From Squalus acanthias (lineage: Eukaryota): a stretch of DNA of 64,000 nucleotides. Every line of letters starts with the position of its first letter. Positions within the stretch are counted from its first letter, which is position 1. Positions 1 to 12,213 of the stretch are shown here, piece by piece. The notes under the pieces were generated by a model. It was not told the origin of the DNA. It was given only the letters and a program-made list of their open reading frames with translations, and did not search any database. The stretch is taken from assembly GCA_030390025.1 (NCBI GenBank), contig CM059438.1:54624001-54688000 (forward strand), written 5' to 3'. Made by a program: the position numbers and the translations under genes.

Positions 1-650
1 TTACCGCCTGCCGCTAACAACGACAGGTTGAGGGGAACGTTTTGCAGTCGGGAAGGGATTGGGGGAGCGTTATTTAAAGGCGGCCGCTTCCTGCCTTTTT
101 TTGTCGCCGACATTTTTGCACCACGCATTCTGAGAGGGAGATACTTTTGGAGAGATTCAACACTGTGTGAAGGAGTTTTGGGTACTGAGCAGCGCTTTGC
201 AGGTTCATTTTGATTTGACCTTCCTTGCATCGATTTAGAAGAGACTTTGGGGGGCTGCACTCTGAGCTCTTTCCCTGGGCCTCTCCATTGTTCTTTCCAG
301 CAGAATTGATGTACAGGTCTCTCCAGGCCGAGATTCAAGGCTGCAATGAGCAGGGTGTGGATGGAGAGCAAGATCGACCTTCCCCTTTAAGAACTGGCCG
401 GCGCCTGTGTGTCTGTGTTCCATTGCTGACTGACATCACATGAGCTTCGTCAGCGCTCTGAGTTAGCGCCTCGCTCCTCGGCGTTAGTGCCTTAAGAGAG
501 GTGTGTAGCACCTGCTTTAGCGCTCCAATCACCTCCAGGGGCGATAGAAGCCAAGTTTGCAGTCGGAGGCGATAATTAGCGCCAGGCGCTAAACTTTGCG
601 CCTAGCCGATAATTGCGCCCCAAACGGGGCGATACCGAATTTCTCCCCCC
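1..650. mobile_element. GC-rich non-autonomous TIR element (PIF/Harbinger-type MITE), runs off the left edge
   Basis: Ends in GAATTTCTCCCCC, like the termini at 28790 and 54458. Bases 1-450 are the reverse complement of ~53770-54220. Confidence 0.65.
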
Positions 651-1005
651 AAAAATCTATCTATCTCAGCCTTGAATATACTCAAAGACTCAGCATCCAT
701 AGCCCTCTGGCGCAGAGAATTCCAAAAATTCACAACCCCCAGTGGAGAAATTCCTCCTCATCTCGGTCTTAAATGGCCTACTCCTTAATCCCGAGACTAC
801 GCCCCCTAGTTCTAGACACTCCAGCCAGTGGAAACAACCTCTCAGCATCTACCCTGTCAATCCCCTTCAGAATCTTGTATGTTTCAATGAGATCACCTCT
901 CATTCTTCTAAACTCCAGAGAGTATAGGCCCATTCTACACAATCTTTCATCATAGGACAGCCCTCTCATCCCAGGAATCAATCTAGTGAACATTCATTGC
1001 ACCTT
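651..1005 (-). mobile_element. CR1 LINE 3' fragment
   Basis: ORF 778-993 has RFTRLIPGM/YSLEFRRMRGDLIETYKIL, the CR1 ORF2 C-terminus. Confidence 0.9.
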
Positions 1006-1833
1006 CAAAAGGACATAGGAATGGGCAGACACATGGCAGATGAAAAGTGTGAGGTGATACATTTTGGTAGGAAGAATGAGGAGAGACAATACATGCTAAT
1101 TGGTACAATTTTAAAGAGGGTACAAGAAGAGAGACACCTGGGGGTGCTTGTGCAAAATCTTTGGTGGCAGGACAGGTTAACAAAGCAGTTAATAAAGCAT
1201 ATGAGATCCTGGGCTTCATAAATAGAGGCATAGAGTACAAATGCCAGGAATTTATGCTAACCCTATATAAAACACTAGTTCGGCCCCAGCTGGAGTATTG
1301 TGTCCAATTCTGGGCACCACACTTTAGGAAGGACGTGAAGGCTTTGGAGAGATTACAGAAGAGATTTACTCGAAAGGTTCCAGGGATGAGGGATTACAGT
1401 TACGTGGATAGACTGGAGAAGCTGGCATTGTTCTCCTTAGAGCAGAGAAAGCTAAGAGGAGATTTGATAGAGGTGTTTAAAATCATGAAGAGCTTAGATA
1501 GAGTAAATAAAGAAAAACTGTTTCCAATGGCTGAAGGGTCGATAACCAGAGGGCACAGATTTAAGGTGATTGGCAAAAGAAGCAGAGGCAACACGAGGAA
1601 AAACATTTTACACAATGAGTGGTCAGGATTTGGAATGCATTGCCTGATAGGGTGGTGGATACAGATTTAATACTAGCTTTCAAAAGGGAATTGGATAAAT
1701 ACTTGAAGGAGAAAAAAAATTACAGGGATATGGGGAAAGAGTGGGATAGTAGAACAAACTAGATTTCTCTTCGAAAGAGCCGCCGCAGACTCGATAGGCT
1801 GAATGGCCTCCTTCTGTGCTGTATTATTCTATG
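1006..1833 (+). mobile_element. CR1 LINE 3' fragment with 3'UTR
   Basis: [23 protein letters not shown] and GDLIEVFKIM motifs. 3'UTR ends GAATGGCCTCCTTCTGTGCTG..TTCTATG. Confidence 0.9.
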
Positions 1834-1839
1834 AACCTA

Positions 1840-2210
1840 TGGGATCTGACCAATGCTCTGTACAAATGAAGCATAACTTTCTTCCCTTGGTATTCCAGCC
1901 CCCTTGAGACAAAGGCCAACAATCTATTAGCCTTTTTGATTGCATTTTGTACCTGTCTACTTGCTTTTTAATGATTTGACCATTTGGATGCTCTTTGCTC
2001 CTCTACAGTTCCTAGTTTCTCACCATTAAGAAAATACTCAGATTTACCTTTCTTGGGTTCCATGTTGATGATGACCTCACACTTGCCCACATTGAACTCC
2101 ATTTGCCATAGTTTTGCCCACTCACTTAATCTGTCTGTGTCCCTTCGCAACTTTCCGCTCCCATCTGCACTACTTACTACTATCCCTCCTAACTTAGTGT
2201 CATCTGCAAA
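1840..2210 (-). mobile_element. degenerate CR1 RT fragment
   Basis: Minus strand FADDTKLGG and WQMEFNVGKCEV motifs. Confidence 0.85.
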
Positions 2211-2523
2211 TCAGATATCTTTATGCGCACAATATCTGATAATGTAGCATTGGCTAAGAGTGAAACAGAAACCATTGTTACAGTATTTAGCTCACTGAAT
2301 TAACATGAGCCTTCTTCTGCTCTCCTAGCCTCTGGAAAGTGGAAGAATAAACACCATCAGACAGTGGTGTCGGCATTATACACAGAGTAGGTTCATTAAA
2401 AGTAATAGATAAACAGTAGCAATATTAAGTACAGCAGTTTGGACTATTTTTTTTTTTTTTAAACAGAATTTTTAACACAATCCCTCCTCGGGTAAAAAAA
2501 AATTACAAAAAAAAGTGACACTT

Positions 2524-3670
2524 CATAGAATAATAGAATCATAGAAAGTTACAGCATGGAAGGAGGACATTTCAGCCCATCACGTCCAAGCTATCCAGCC
2601 TAATCCCACTTCCCAGCTCTCGGTCCGTAGCCCTGCAGGTTACAGCATCCCAAGTGCACATCCAAGTACTTTTTAAATGTGGTTAGGGTTTCTGCCTCTA
2701 CCACCCTTTCAGGCAGTGAGTTCCAGACCCCCACCACCCTCTGGGTGAAGAAATTTCCCCTCAAATCCCCTCTAAACCTTCCACCAATTACTTTAAATCT
2801 GTGCCCCCTGGTTTTTGACCCCTCTGCTAAGGGAAATAGGTCCTTTCTATCCACTTTATCTATGCCCCTCATAATTTTATACACCTCAATAAGGTCTCCC
2901 CTCAGCCTCCTCTGTTCCAAGGAAAACAAACCCAGCCCATCCAATCTTTCCTCATAGCAAAGATTCTCTACTCCCGGCAACATCCTTGTAAATCTCCTCT
3001 GTACCCTCTCTAGTGCAATCACATCTTTCCTGTAATGTGGTGACCAGAACTGCACGCAGTACTCTAGCTGAGGCCTAACTAGTGTTTTATACAGTTGAAG
3101 CATAACCCCCCTGCTCTTGTATTCTATGCCACAGCTAATAAAGGCAAGCATTCCGTTTGCCTTCTTAACCACCTTATCTACTTGGCCTGCTACCTTCAGG
3201 GATCTGTGGATATGCACTCCAAGGTCCCTTTGTTCCTCTACACTACTCAGTGTCCTACCATTTAATGTGTATTCCCTTTCCTTGTTAGCCCTCCCCAAAT
3301 GTATTATCTCACACTTCTCCGGATTGAAATCCATTTGCCACTGTTCTGCCCACCTGACCAATTTATTGATATCTTCCCGCAGTCTACAGCTTCCTTCTTC
3401 AGTGTCAACCACACAGCCGATTTTAGTATGATCTGCAAACTTCTTAATCATACGCCCTATATTCAAGTCTAGATCATTGATATATACCACAAAAAGCAAG
3501 GGACCTAGTACTGAGCCCTGCGGAACCCCACTGGAAACAGCCTTCCAGTCACAAAAACACCCATCAACCATTACCCTCTGCTTCCTGTCTCCGAGCCAGT
3601 TTTGAATCCAACTTGACACTTTGCCCTGGATCCCATGGGTTTTTAACTTCGTGACCAGTCTGCCATGTGG
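2524..3670 (-). mobile_element. 5'-truncated young CR1 LINE (open ORF2 C-terminal 339 aa)
   Basis: ORF 2600-3619 has [16 protein letters not shown] and [23 protein letters not shown]-type 3' tail at 2524-2546. Confidence 0.95.
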
Positions 3671-3917
3671 ACTTCAGTAACTACTGATAATACTAAATCA
3701 TGATTAATATTCATAACATAGAACTTGTTTGTGGAGTCTCATTTATCTACCATGGAGTATCAATGCACCACCTCCACACAAGTTGTAGTACAGTGGTATG
3801 AAAACAATTGATGAACTGGAAATAACACTGCCTGGGAGTAAAGAGGGGTAAATGGAGTTGAAGTACAGAGCAGCCATGATTTAATTGAATGGCGGAACAG
3901 GCTCGAGGGCTGAATGG

Positions 3918-4395
3918 CTGGGAACACACTGCCTGGGATATACCTCCTGTACCGGGAACACATTGCCTGGGATATACCTCCCATACCCTAGAACTAACAA
4001 GCTGGGAACACATTGCCTGGGATATACCTCCCATACCCTAGAACTAACAACCTGGGAACACACTGCCTGGGATATACCTCCCAAACCTTAGAACTAATGG
4101 ATCGGAACACACTGCCTGGGATATACCTCCCGCACCCTAGAACTAACAACTTGGGAACACACTGTCTGGGATTCCTGTACCCTAGAACTAACAACCTGAA
4201 AATATACTGCCTGGGATATGCCTCCCGAACCCTAGAACTAACAAGATGGGAACACGCTGCCTAGGATATACCTCCCGTACCCTTACCTAACGAGATGGGA
4301 ACACACTGCCTGGGATATACCTCCCATACCGTAGACCTAATGAAATGGGAACACACTGCCTGGGATATATCTCCCATACCCTAGACTAATGAACT
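3918..4395. repeat. minisatellite, ~50-bp unit, ~9-10 copies
   Basis: Unit GGGAACACACTGCCTGGGATATACCTCCCATACCCTAGAACTAACAAGCT repeated in tandem with variants. Confidence 0.95.
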
Positions 4396-4429
4396 ACCAC
4401 TGAGCCAAGTCTGACATCTTGAAATAAGA

Positions 4430-4605
4430 AATAGCCAGTGTGGATTTAGAAGAGGAAGATCCTACCAGTCAAACTTATTTAATTTATTTGAGGAAGTTAC
4501 AGATAAAGTAAATACTCCAATTCCCTATGATATTGTTTATGTAGATATTCAGAAAACTTATGATAAATGTTCCAAATGAAATACCTCTGGATAACTTAAA
4601 ATAGT
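4430..4605 (+). mobile_element. old CR1 RT fragment (likely continues at 7620-8150)
   Basis: Degenerate SQxGFxxGRS..NLF..EEVT..DIVYVD.QK.YDK coding pattern. Confidence 0.6.
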
Positions 4606-4608
4606 GGT

Positions 4609-5302
4609 CATGATGCGGAGATGCCGGTGTTGGACTGGGGTGGACAAAATTGAGAGGTCGCACAACACCAGGTTATAGTCCAACAGTTTTATTTGAAATC
4701 ACAAGCTTTCGGAGCTTACTACTCCTTCGTCGGGTGAAGTAAAAAGATACAGAATCGCCAAAGCATATATAGATAGAGAACAATGCATGTGTACCTTACA
4801 ATTGCAGACAACTAAATTAAATCATCCTGACTATCTGCCGAGGTGTGATAAAGTTAATCAGGTCAGCCAGGAAGGTACCACATCAAAGACATAGCAAGAT
4901 ACAACTGAGACAATGAGGTGGAGTCGCAGGGGGTCTAACGTGTCAAAAGCTGCCGTCTGTATGTAAAACGATAAGTTTTAAAATTTTTACTTTTTTACTG
5001 GGAAAATGTTTTACTTTTTTACTGGGAATCACATCTGTGAACAAGCCAACGACGACTCGAGTCCGGATCACGCCATGTTCTTCGCAGCCTTCAACATGTC
5101 ATCGATGACGACAAACACCTCGCTAAGGCCATCCCCACGCCTCCACTACTTGCCTTCAAACAGCCGCCTAACCTCAGAAGTACCATCGTTTGCAGCAAAT
5201 TACCCAGCTTTCAGGATAACAGCGACCACGACACCACACAACCCTGCCACGGCAAACTCTGCAAGACATGCCAGATCATCAACACAGATACCACCATCCC
5301 AC
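4609..5302 (-). mobile_element. Penelope-like element: 3' terminal region (minus) joined to an inverted internal ORF fragment (plus)
   Basis: 4609-5071 matches the 3' region of the GIY-YIG-bearing copies at 19507 and 49455. 5070-5303 plus strand translates RHVLRSLQHVIDDDKHLAKAIPTPPLLAFKQPPNLRSTIVCSKL...PCHGKLCKTC, the PLE RT/endonuclease linker. Confidence 0.85.
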
Positions 5303-5495
5303 GCTGCTGGTACTGTAGTCTCTTCTGATACACCATTTTACTGTGTGTCTCCCACGCTGCTGGTACTGTAGTCTCTTCTAATACACCATTTTACTGTGTG
5401 TCTCCCACGCTGCTGGTAGTCTCTTCTGATCCACCATTTTACTGTGTGTCTGCCACGCTGCTGGTAGTCTCTTCCTAGCCACCATTGTTCTGTGT
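5299..5495. repeat. ~48-53-bp tandem repeat (~4 copies) upstream of the Tigger ORF
   Basis: CCACGCTGCTGGTA(CTGTA)GTCTCTTCTGATACACCATTTTACTGTGTGTCTC repeated. Confidence 0.9.
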
Positions 5496-5538
5496 GTCTT
5501 TCCATCTTCATCGGCAATTATCTCCTCCATCTTGCATT

Positions 5539-7296
5539 ATGGAATTCCCAAAAGCTGGTCCAAGCAAAAGGAAGAGAGTGGTCTTAACTTTAAAACAGAA
5601 AATCGAGATATGCCAACGACTAGAAAGGGGAGAGAAGCGTATCAACATTATGAATGAATTCAAAATCGGTTCGTCAACAATCTACGACATCAAATCGCAG
5701 AAGGATAAGCTGCTCAAGTTTTATTCAAGCTCGGAGACATCTAAGAGTGTAGAGAAACGGCGTACGCTTCGTAAGCCTAAGCTCGAAGAGCTGGATACCG
5801 TGCTTTATGAATGGTTTTCTCTTAAGCGTTCAGAGGGTGTTCCAATTTCCGGACCCATGCTAATCGAGAAAGCGAAGGATTTCTACGAAAGGATGGAGCT
5901 CACTGACAAGTGTGCTTTCTCCGAGGGATGGCTAACGTGCTTCAAGTTACGGCACGGGATACGACGACTCGATATTTCCGGGGAGAAGAAATCAGCTGAT
6001 CACGACGCCGCAGAAGAATACTGCGATTATTTCAATCGGATTGTGCAGCAACATGATTTGTCGCCAGCACAGATATACAATGCCGATGAAACTGGCTTGT
6101 TTTGGAGGTTTTTGCCAGAATCAACGCTTGCTAGGGCTAGTGAGGCTAATGCTTCAGGTTACAAGAAAAATAAAGATCGTGTAACCGTGCTAACATGTGC
6201 GAACGCCACTGGATCACACCGGGTTAAACTTCTTGTTATCGGGAAGTATAAAAATCCCCGTGCATTTAAAAATGTGAGGCACTTACCTGTTGAGTACAAA
6301 GCTCAAAAAAATGCTTGGATGGATAAGGAAATCTTCTCCGATTGGTTCCATCATATTTTTGTTCCATCTGTGAGGGAACATTTCCGTAAAATAGGGAAAC
6401 CTGAAGATAGCAAATGCATTTTATTGCTTGATAATTGTAGAGCCCATCCGCATGAATCTGAGTTGGTTTCGGGAAATATTTTCACCATTTATTTGCCACC
6501 AAATGTAACTTCTCTCATCCAACCCATGGACCAGGGTGTTATCCAAAATCTGAAGTGTCATTACAAGAAAGACTTCCTATGTAAACTGATAAGCCAAGAT
6601 GACAATATTCAAGCATTTCAGAAGGAATACAATATTAAAGATGCCATCTATAATGTTGCATGTTCCTGGAACTTTGTGAAAGGTCACACTCTGAGGCAAG
6701 CCTGGTGCAAATTGTGGCCTTCTGTAATGTTTGCTGAAGGTTCTTCTTCAGAGGAGGAATTTCATGGGTTCAATGTTCGTCCCAAGAAGAGTACAATAAT
6801 GGGCATGGCTGGCATGGTGAAAAATGCAGGCCCAGCAAACCCTCTACGTCACCTCAGTGAAAGTGATATCGAGCAGTGGGTTGATGCAGATAGAGAAGTT
6901 GGTGTTGTGCATATGCTAAGTGATGATGAAATAATTGAGAATGTTTTGAATCCAAAGAAAGAAAAGGAAAGTGAGATGGAAAGTGAAGAGGATGATATTT
7001 CTGAAGAGAACAAGATTTCTTGGGCTAAAGCTGCAGAAGGATTTTCTTCAATCCTCAAATTTGCTGAAAGGCAGACTTGCTACTCTGCCCAAGAAGTTAT
7101 GCAACTCCATATTCTGCATTCCACGTTTCTACAGAAAAGGCAAGAGTCCACTAAGCAAACCGACATCCGCAACATGTTTAAGAAAGCTTCCAAAAGAGTC
7201 GAAGCAGCGGAAGTGCCTGAAGAATCTGTGGAACTGCATGATCCTGATGACCCAGCTGGCACGGATATTTCTGATGAACCAGATGACTCGGAATAA
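5539..7296 (+). CDS. pogo/Tigger transposase, Jerky (JRK)-like, 585 aa, intact DD32D triad
   Basis: Uninterrupted ORF from ATG 5539. N-terminal psq/CENP-B HTH ([42 protein letters not shown]). Catalytic motifs [12 protein letters not shown] and IQPMDQG with 32 residues between D2 and D3. Acidic tail. Confidence 0.93.
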   Translation: MEFPKAGPSKRKRVVLTLKQKIEICQRLERGEKRINIMNEFKIGSSTIYDIKSQKDKLLKFYSSSETSKSVEKRRTLRKPKLEELDTVLYEWFSLKRSEGVPISGPMLIEKAKDFYERMELTDKCAFSEGWLTCFKLRHGIRRLDISGEKKSADHDAAEEYCDYFNRIVQQHDLSPAQIYNADETGLFWRFLPESTLARASEANASGYKKNKDRVTVLTCANATGSHRVKLLVIGKYKNPRAFKNVRHLPVEYKAQKNAWMDKEIFSDWFHHIFVPSVREHFRKIGKPEDSKCILLLDNCRAHPHESELVSGNIFTIYLPPNVTSLIQPMDQGVIQNLKCHYKKDFLCKLISQDDNIQAFQKEYNIKDAIYNVACSWNFVKGHTLRQAWCKLWPSVMFAEGSSSEEEFHGFNVRPKKSTIMGMAGMVKNAGPANPLRHLSESDIEQWVDADREVGVVHMLSDDEIIENVLNPKKEKESEMESEEDDISEENKISWAKAAEGFSSILKFAERQTCYSAQEVMQLHILHSTFLQKRQESTKQTDIRNMFKKASKRVEAAEVPEESVELHDPDDPAGTDISDEPDDSE

Positions 7297-7619
7297 GTGT
7301 ACAGTCAACTACAGTACTGTATACAGTCGTTTATAAGTTTTGTTTTACTGTTAAGTAATTAAAGAGTTATGGATTACCCTCAACTGGCAGTACTGTACTT
7401 AATCAAGCATCTTCCACCATCCATTTAACACAACATTCTGTAGGTGAGTACCCAAATACTGTACACTGCACATTTCTTGATTTTTTTTATTTTTCTTTGT
7501 TAAAAATAGCCTTGGTAGATATAACTCTCCGTTATCCGGAACTTTCGATCAACCGGCACCACGACGGTCCCGTCGGTGCCGGTTAATAAAGAGTTTCCTG
7601 TACTTGAATTGAATAGAAG

Positions 7620-8150
7620 GTCCTTGGAGTGACAGCACTCATCACCTTCGATGTCCAGACAATGTAGCACAGCAACTAAAAAAGCAAATCAATTTGCAAT
7701 GTATAGTGTAGGGAACACATTCCCAGAGATTCGCACAGGGCTCTACAATGCACTGATCAAACAGTTGGAGTATGGTTATCCATTGTGCTCACCATGCAGC
7801 AAAAACATACACGTTAGAGAAGATGCAGAGAGAGCAACAAGACTGATCCCAAGTGTAAAAGAGATGTGATCCGAGAATAAATAAGGTTATAGTGCTCTAG
7901 ACATGGACGTCAATGAGATATATAAAATATCTAATGATATTGATAAGTTAATTCTAGAACATTACTCCAAATTAAGCTAAGAAAGAAGGACCAGAGGCCG
8001 TACATTTAAAGTGATGAAAAGTTAATTACTAAAAGATATTAGCAAGAACTTCTTCAATTAGAAGAATGAGAATTAATCTGAATAATTTAATATGTGGGGT
8101 GGTAGAAACAAAATCATTAGCACCATTCAAAACAGGATGTTATATTGGTC
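7620..8150 (+). mobile_element. old CR1 ORF2 C-terminal remnant
   Basis: ORF 7651-7869 MSRQCSTATKKAN..LYNALI..LEYG..ERATRLIP is a decayed CR1 C-terminus. Confidence 0.7.
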
Positions 8151-8544
8151 AATGCGAATACTAGATGGATGAGCCCAATACCCTTTTCTCCTCAACTTAC
8201 CTTCTTACGCAAGCTATGCATTCTGTATGATAATCTGCTTCAAGTGCCATCCTTTCTGTCACCCCAAACATTTATTTCAAAACAGAGAAATCTCACTACT
8301 GTAATCCCCGCCATTTTGCATATGCTTCATTTTGTACTCTGGATGAAAATGCATGCTGATGCACATTTAGGTCATAAGGATTTCAAAACCACTTTAGATT
8401 AATATTGTGGTTTAGACTAGACAGAAAGTTACCTGGAGCCAGCTTTCATAATTGTTTACATTCACATTGTTCAGATGGATGGAATGCAGTCAGGGCAGAT
8501 CACTATGCTGCTTTACATCGCTTCACCCAACAGATCAAGACTGA

Positions 8545-8672
8545 GATCGACAGAAGGTAAGGGTATCAAACGATATGGAGAAAAGGCGGGTAAATGGAGA
8601 TGAGATGCAAATCAGCCATGATTTAATTGAATGGCAGAGCAGGCTCGATGGTCTACTCCTGTTCCTATGTTC
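8545..8672 (+). mobile_element. CR1 3'UTR fragment
   Basis: ATCAGCCATGAT..ATTGAATGGC.GAGCAGGCTCGA..CTACTCCTGTTCCTATGTTC tail shared with other CR1 copies. Confidence 0.75.
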
Positions 8673-8947
8673 CATTCGGTGAGGAAAGACAAGTCTGAAT
8701 GTGACAGTTCAAACTCATAAGACGACAATCAGGTGGTGAGGAAGCACAGCCCATAAGTTTGCCTGATCCAAGACATCAAATTAGTTACCTCTTCAATGCT
8801 AGGATGTCCTCACAGTAATACAATGCCCAGGATCATACATGGCACCCTAGGCAGTGCCAGAGCAGTGCTTTATACAAGTTCCTGGGACTTGCACTCTACT
8901 CCTTAGCTATTTACCTCAAGATCTTGTTTGTTTTCTTTACAATTACT

Positions 8948-8968
8948 ACACACACACACACACACACA
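8948..8968. repeat. (CA)n microsatellite
   Basis: Direct inspection. Confidence 0.9.
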
Positions 8969-10090
8969 TAGAGGGAAGGAAAACAGTTTAAATTATCTTC
9001 ATTACACAGAGAGTGGTGAATATGTGGAGAGGCAGTGGAGCTGATGGCAGAGCTATCAACGAGCATCACCAAATACTTTTATTGCATCCCATAAATTAAA
9101 ATTTCTCAGCAAAGATTCCCACGGCTTATTCACCTTCTCCAGCCCTATCACTTTACATGCTCTGAGAAGGCCCTTACATGAGCCTAACAGGAAGGAAAAA
9201 TTGGACAGCAGGAAACTCATTATATTCCTCATTCTTCTCATCTCCATAAAAGCAGGAAGCAAGAAATATTCTGCAGAGAGAAAGAAGGAACCAATGCCAG
9301 AAGCTTCTACATCTGGCACTGACAGCAGAAACTGGCCCACTCCATTATGAACCGTATCATTTGCAGTCACCAGCCCAGGTAGCTTAACTCGGGCTTAACT
9401 TGGGGTGATACAGGTAGTCTAGGTGAGGAACTGACATAGATTGATTCACAACTCATAAGGAAGCCAGAGGATGAGCTATTGGGAGGTGGAGCATGATGTA
9501 CTTGAGCGAAGGCTTAGGTGATTTCAGACCTTGGCTGTTGAGCATTCAGAGAACAATCTTGGGGTCCTGACATTACACAAAATTTTTCAGAGCATCAGAA
9601 ACATATACAGGCACTGCAAAGACTCTCTGAAGATGTGTAGCAGCTGGCAGGGACGGGATCAGTGTCTAATGCCATTTTTTTGTGCCACTATCAGAGAGGG
9701 CTGCTCCACAACGCAGAGCATACTGGAACAAATGGCAGCTCCAGAAACCTCTGCACACGTCCCATAGATCACAGAAATGGATATATTGAGGAATTGTCCT
9801 CTGGGACTATTAGCTCTGGGTAGCTGTGCATCTGTAGGAGGGTCTGGATCTCCTGTGGTGCTGACTTCTGAGCCTGACTTCTATGGTTGTCAGCTGTTCT
9901 TCCTTTTTCTCCTCCAACAAATAAATGATAAAGATGAGAATCCCCACAGGGAAAAACATTTTGCAGCATCCCCTTCATTTTAGGAAAATTTCCCAAACAA
10001 AAAGCAATCTTGAGAGAGACTTCCAAAGGAAGCCAGGAGTCTCCAAAGTAAAGAGCAAAGAACATTTTTGACAAAAGACAAAAGACCAAT

Positions 10091-10195
10091 CAACAACAAC
10101 AACTTGCATTTATATAGCACCTTTAACATAGTAAAACATCCCAAGCCACTTCACAGGAGCATTATCAAACAAAATTTGACACCGGGCCACATAAG
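10091..10195 (-). mobile_element. L2/SINE 3' tail fragment
   Basis: CAACAACAACTTGCATTTATATAGCACCTTTAAC matches the L2 3' end at 25147-25240. Confidence 0.7.
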
Positions 10196-10700
10196 AGGTG
10201 GATGCTAGGGCAGAAATGTTGGAATCTAAACCCATCATTTGCATAGCTAGGTTGGGCACACCTTACACCATCCCAGCGGAATTTAAAGGTAGTGTAAAAC
10301 TGGCATGTCCTCTCTAAGTGCCCCCCCCCCCATTAGATCCACCAGGTTTAGGCCCTACCAAATCATCAGAATTTTTAAGCTATAATCTCTACCGAGTTTC
10401 CTTGTCCATCAGGTCCATTATTGCTTCAAACAATAGGTTTCTCAGCCATGACATCTCTCCCATGAAGACCTTCCTGCCATATTTCTCCAAGTGCTTCATT
10501 ATTCCCTCTTTCACAAGACCTTCTAATGTTTTACCCAAATACAGATGACAGGACACCATTTCACTGTTTCCAAGGTTATCGTTATGAACCTCATTTATAA
10601 ATTGGCATTACATTCACCCTTTTTCAATCCTCAGGCACCATGCCCATTTCCAACAATGCCCTAAAAATATCCTCCAGGATGCAGTCAATTTTACTAGTTA

Positions 10701-11055
10701 CAGGAAACTCTCATTTAAACGGCACCTAAATATCCGGAATTCTCTAAGAACCAGCAGAATTCATACTCCGAAAACTACAGTATACAGTCGTTTATAAGTT
10801 TTGTTTTACTGTTAAGTAATTAAAGAGTTATGGATTACCCTCAACTGGCATTACAGTACTTAATCAAGCATCTTCCACCATCCATTTAACACAACATTCT
10901 GTAGGGGAGTACCCAATTATACTGCACATTTCTTGATTTTTTTATTTTTGTTTGTTAAAAATAGCCTTGGTAGATATACCTCTCCGTTATCCGGAATTTT
11001 TAATCAACCGGCACCATCCCGGTCCCGTCGGTGCCGGATACGAAAGAGTTTCCTG
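10701..11055 (+). mobile_element. Tigger-derived MITE (355 bp)
   Basis: TA|CAGGAAACTC...GAGTTTCCTG|TA. The 3' ~275 bp are shared with the Tigger at 7318-7600. Confidence 0.93.
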
Positions 11056-12132
11056 TACTTCCTTCAGTTACCCTAGTGTGTAGTGCAGCCCAGCTGTTTG
11101 CATGTTTCTCTTTTATTGCCCTCAGCTTTCAATCCTTCTTTATTTGTAGCTTTTGTAATCATTTTACCCTAGAAATGTCACCTCTATTGGGAAGGCAGCT
11201 GGTGGTTTCCTCCACAAACATAAGAACATAAAATATACAATGTCTGCCACCCCTTGCCACTCAGTATCATGTCACCCTTGGGATCCTTTGCTTTGAATAA
11301 TTTCTAAAAGCTTTTCAATTCACATTTTATATTCTCGCAAGCTTAATCTTGTTTTCTATTTTAACTCTTCTGACCAGTTGCTTAACCTCCCTTGTCTTAT
11401 TCTTAAACTCGTCTATCTTCAGCTTTACCTAGATTTAGTTTCTTTCACCTTTCTCTCCAGCATTATTTTTCTTGTTGCTCACATCAGTTTCCTCATCCTT
11501 CACGTCAGTTTTCTTTCTCTGCTGTATTTCTCTCCCAGTGGTACAGAGCTACTTTATATTCCTAAAAATATTCAATTCTTCCTCCAAATTTCCCCTTTTA
11601 ACGTGTACTAGCCTAGCTCTTACTTTTTTCCTCATCCTCTCAAAATCTACATTCCAAAAGCAGTTAAGAGTCTCTGCTGCATGCCTACTCTTCTCCATTG
11701 TAAGCCTCATTTTAAATTCTACTGGTTGCTTTTTCCAAGATATTCTCTACCTCTACCATCCCTGCTTGCTACATAGAATCAAGTCCAGTACTTGTATGTC
11801 AGTACTCTCTCCAAGTAGGTTCTTTAACCATGTGACTGGTTGTTACACATCAGATTCCATTCTCTCCCTCCCCCCCCCCCACCCCACCATAACCATTTGA
11901 GTCAGCAGAAGTCTACTATCACATTCAGCATCAAATTTTCAATTTTAATTCCCATTATAGACTATCCAATTTATCCTTGGTAAGTTAAGTTATCTGTAAC
12001 AATTGTGTTTGATCTCTCACATACTTCCCTAAATTGAATATAAAGTTTCAGGTCTAATCCTTTTTTCTGACCTGGTGGCCTCTAACAGATCTCAGTAGTG
12101 TTTTTCCCTCTTCAATGTCACTTACCTCTGGT

Positions 12133-12213
12133 GAGAAGTCGCACAACACCAGGTTATAGTCCAACAGCTTTATTTGAAATCACAAGCTTTCGGAGCGCTG
12201 CTCCTTCGTCAGG
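12133..12213 (-). mobile_element. 81-bp Penelope 3'-terminal mini-insertion with hammerhead-like motif
   Basis: 12-bp TSD CTTACCTCTGGT (12121-12132, 12214-12225). Minus strand reads CTGACGAAGGAGCAGCGCTCCGAAAGCTTGTGA. Confidence 0.88.

Larger units (their letters stand above)
5299..7600 (+). mobile_element. Tigger DNA transposon, left end missing
   Basis: Right terminus ...GAGTTTCCTG followed by TA (7601-7602). 7318-7600 is near-identical to the MITE at 10780-11055. No left TIR (CAGGAAACTC) seen upstream of the ORF. Confidence 0.88.

Noticed and set aside
3918..4395. CRISPR-like array
   Set aside because: Units repeat in full with no unique spacers, there are no cas genes, and the context is vertebrate.
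5006..5371. 121-aa ORF upstream of the transposase as an accessory gene
   Set aside because: Off-frame reading across Penelope fragments and the tandem repeat.
9056..10089. 100-aa ORFs in unique sequence as TSPAN15 exon 2 or another gene
   Set aside because: No tetraspanin or other recognisable motifs.
11378..11900. Hydrophobic ORFs resembling membrane proteins
   Set aside because: Antisense reading of purine-rich decayed CR1 sequence.
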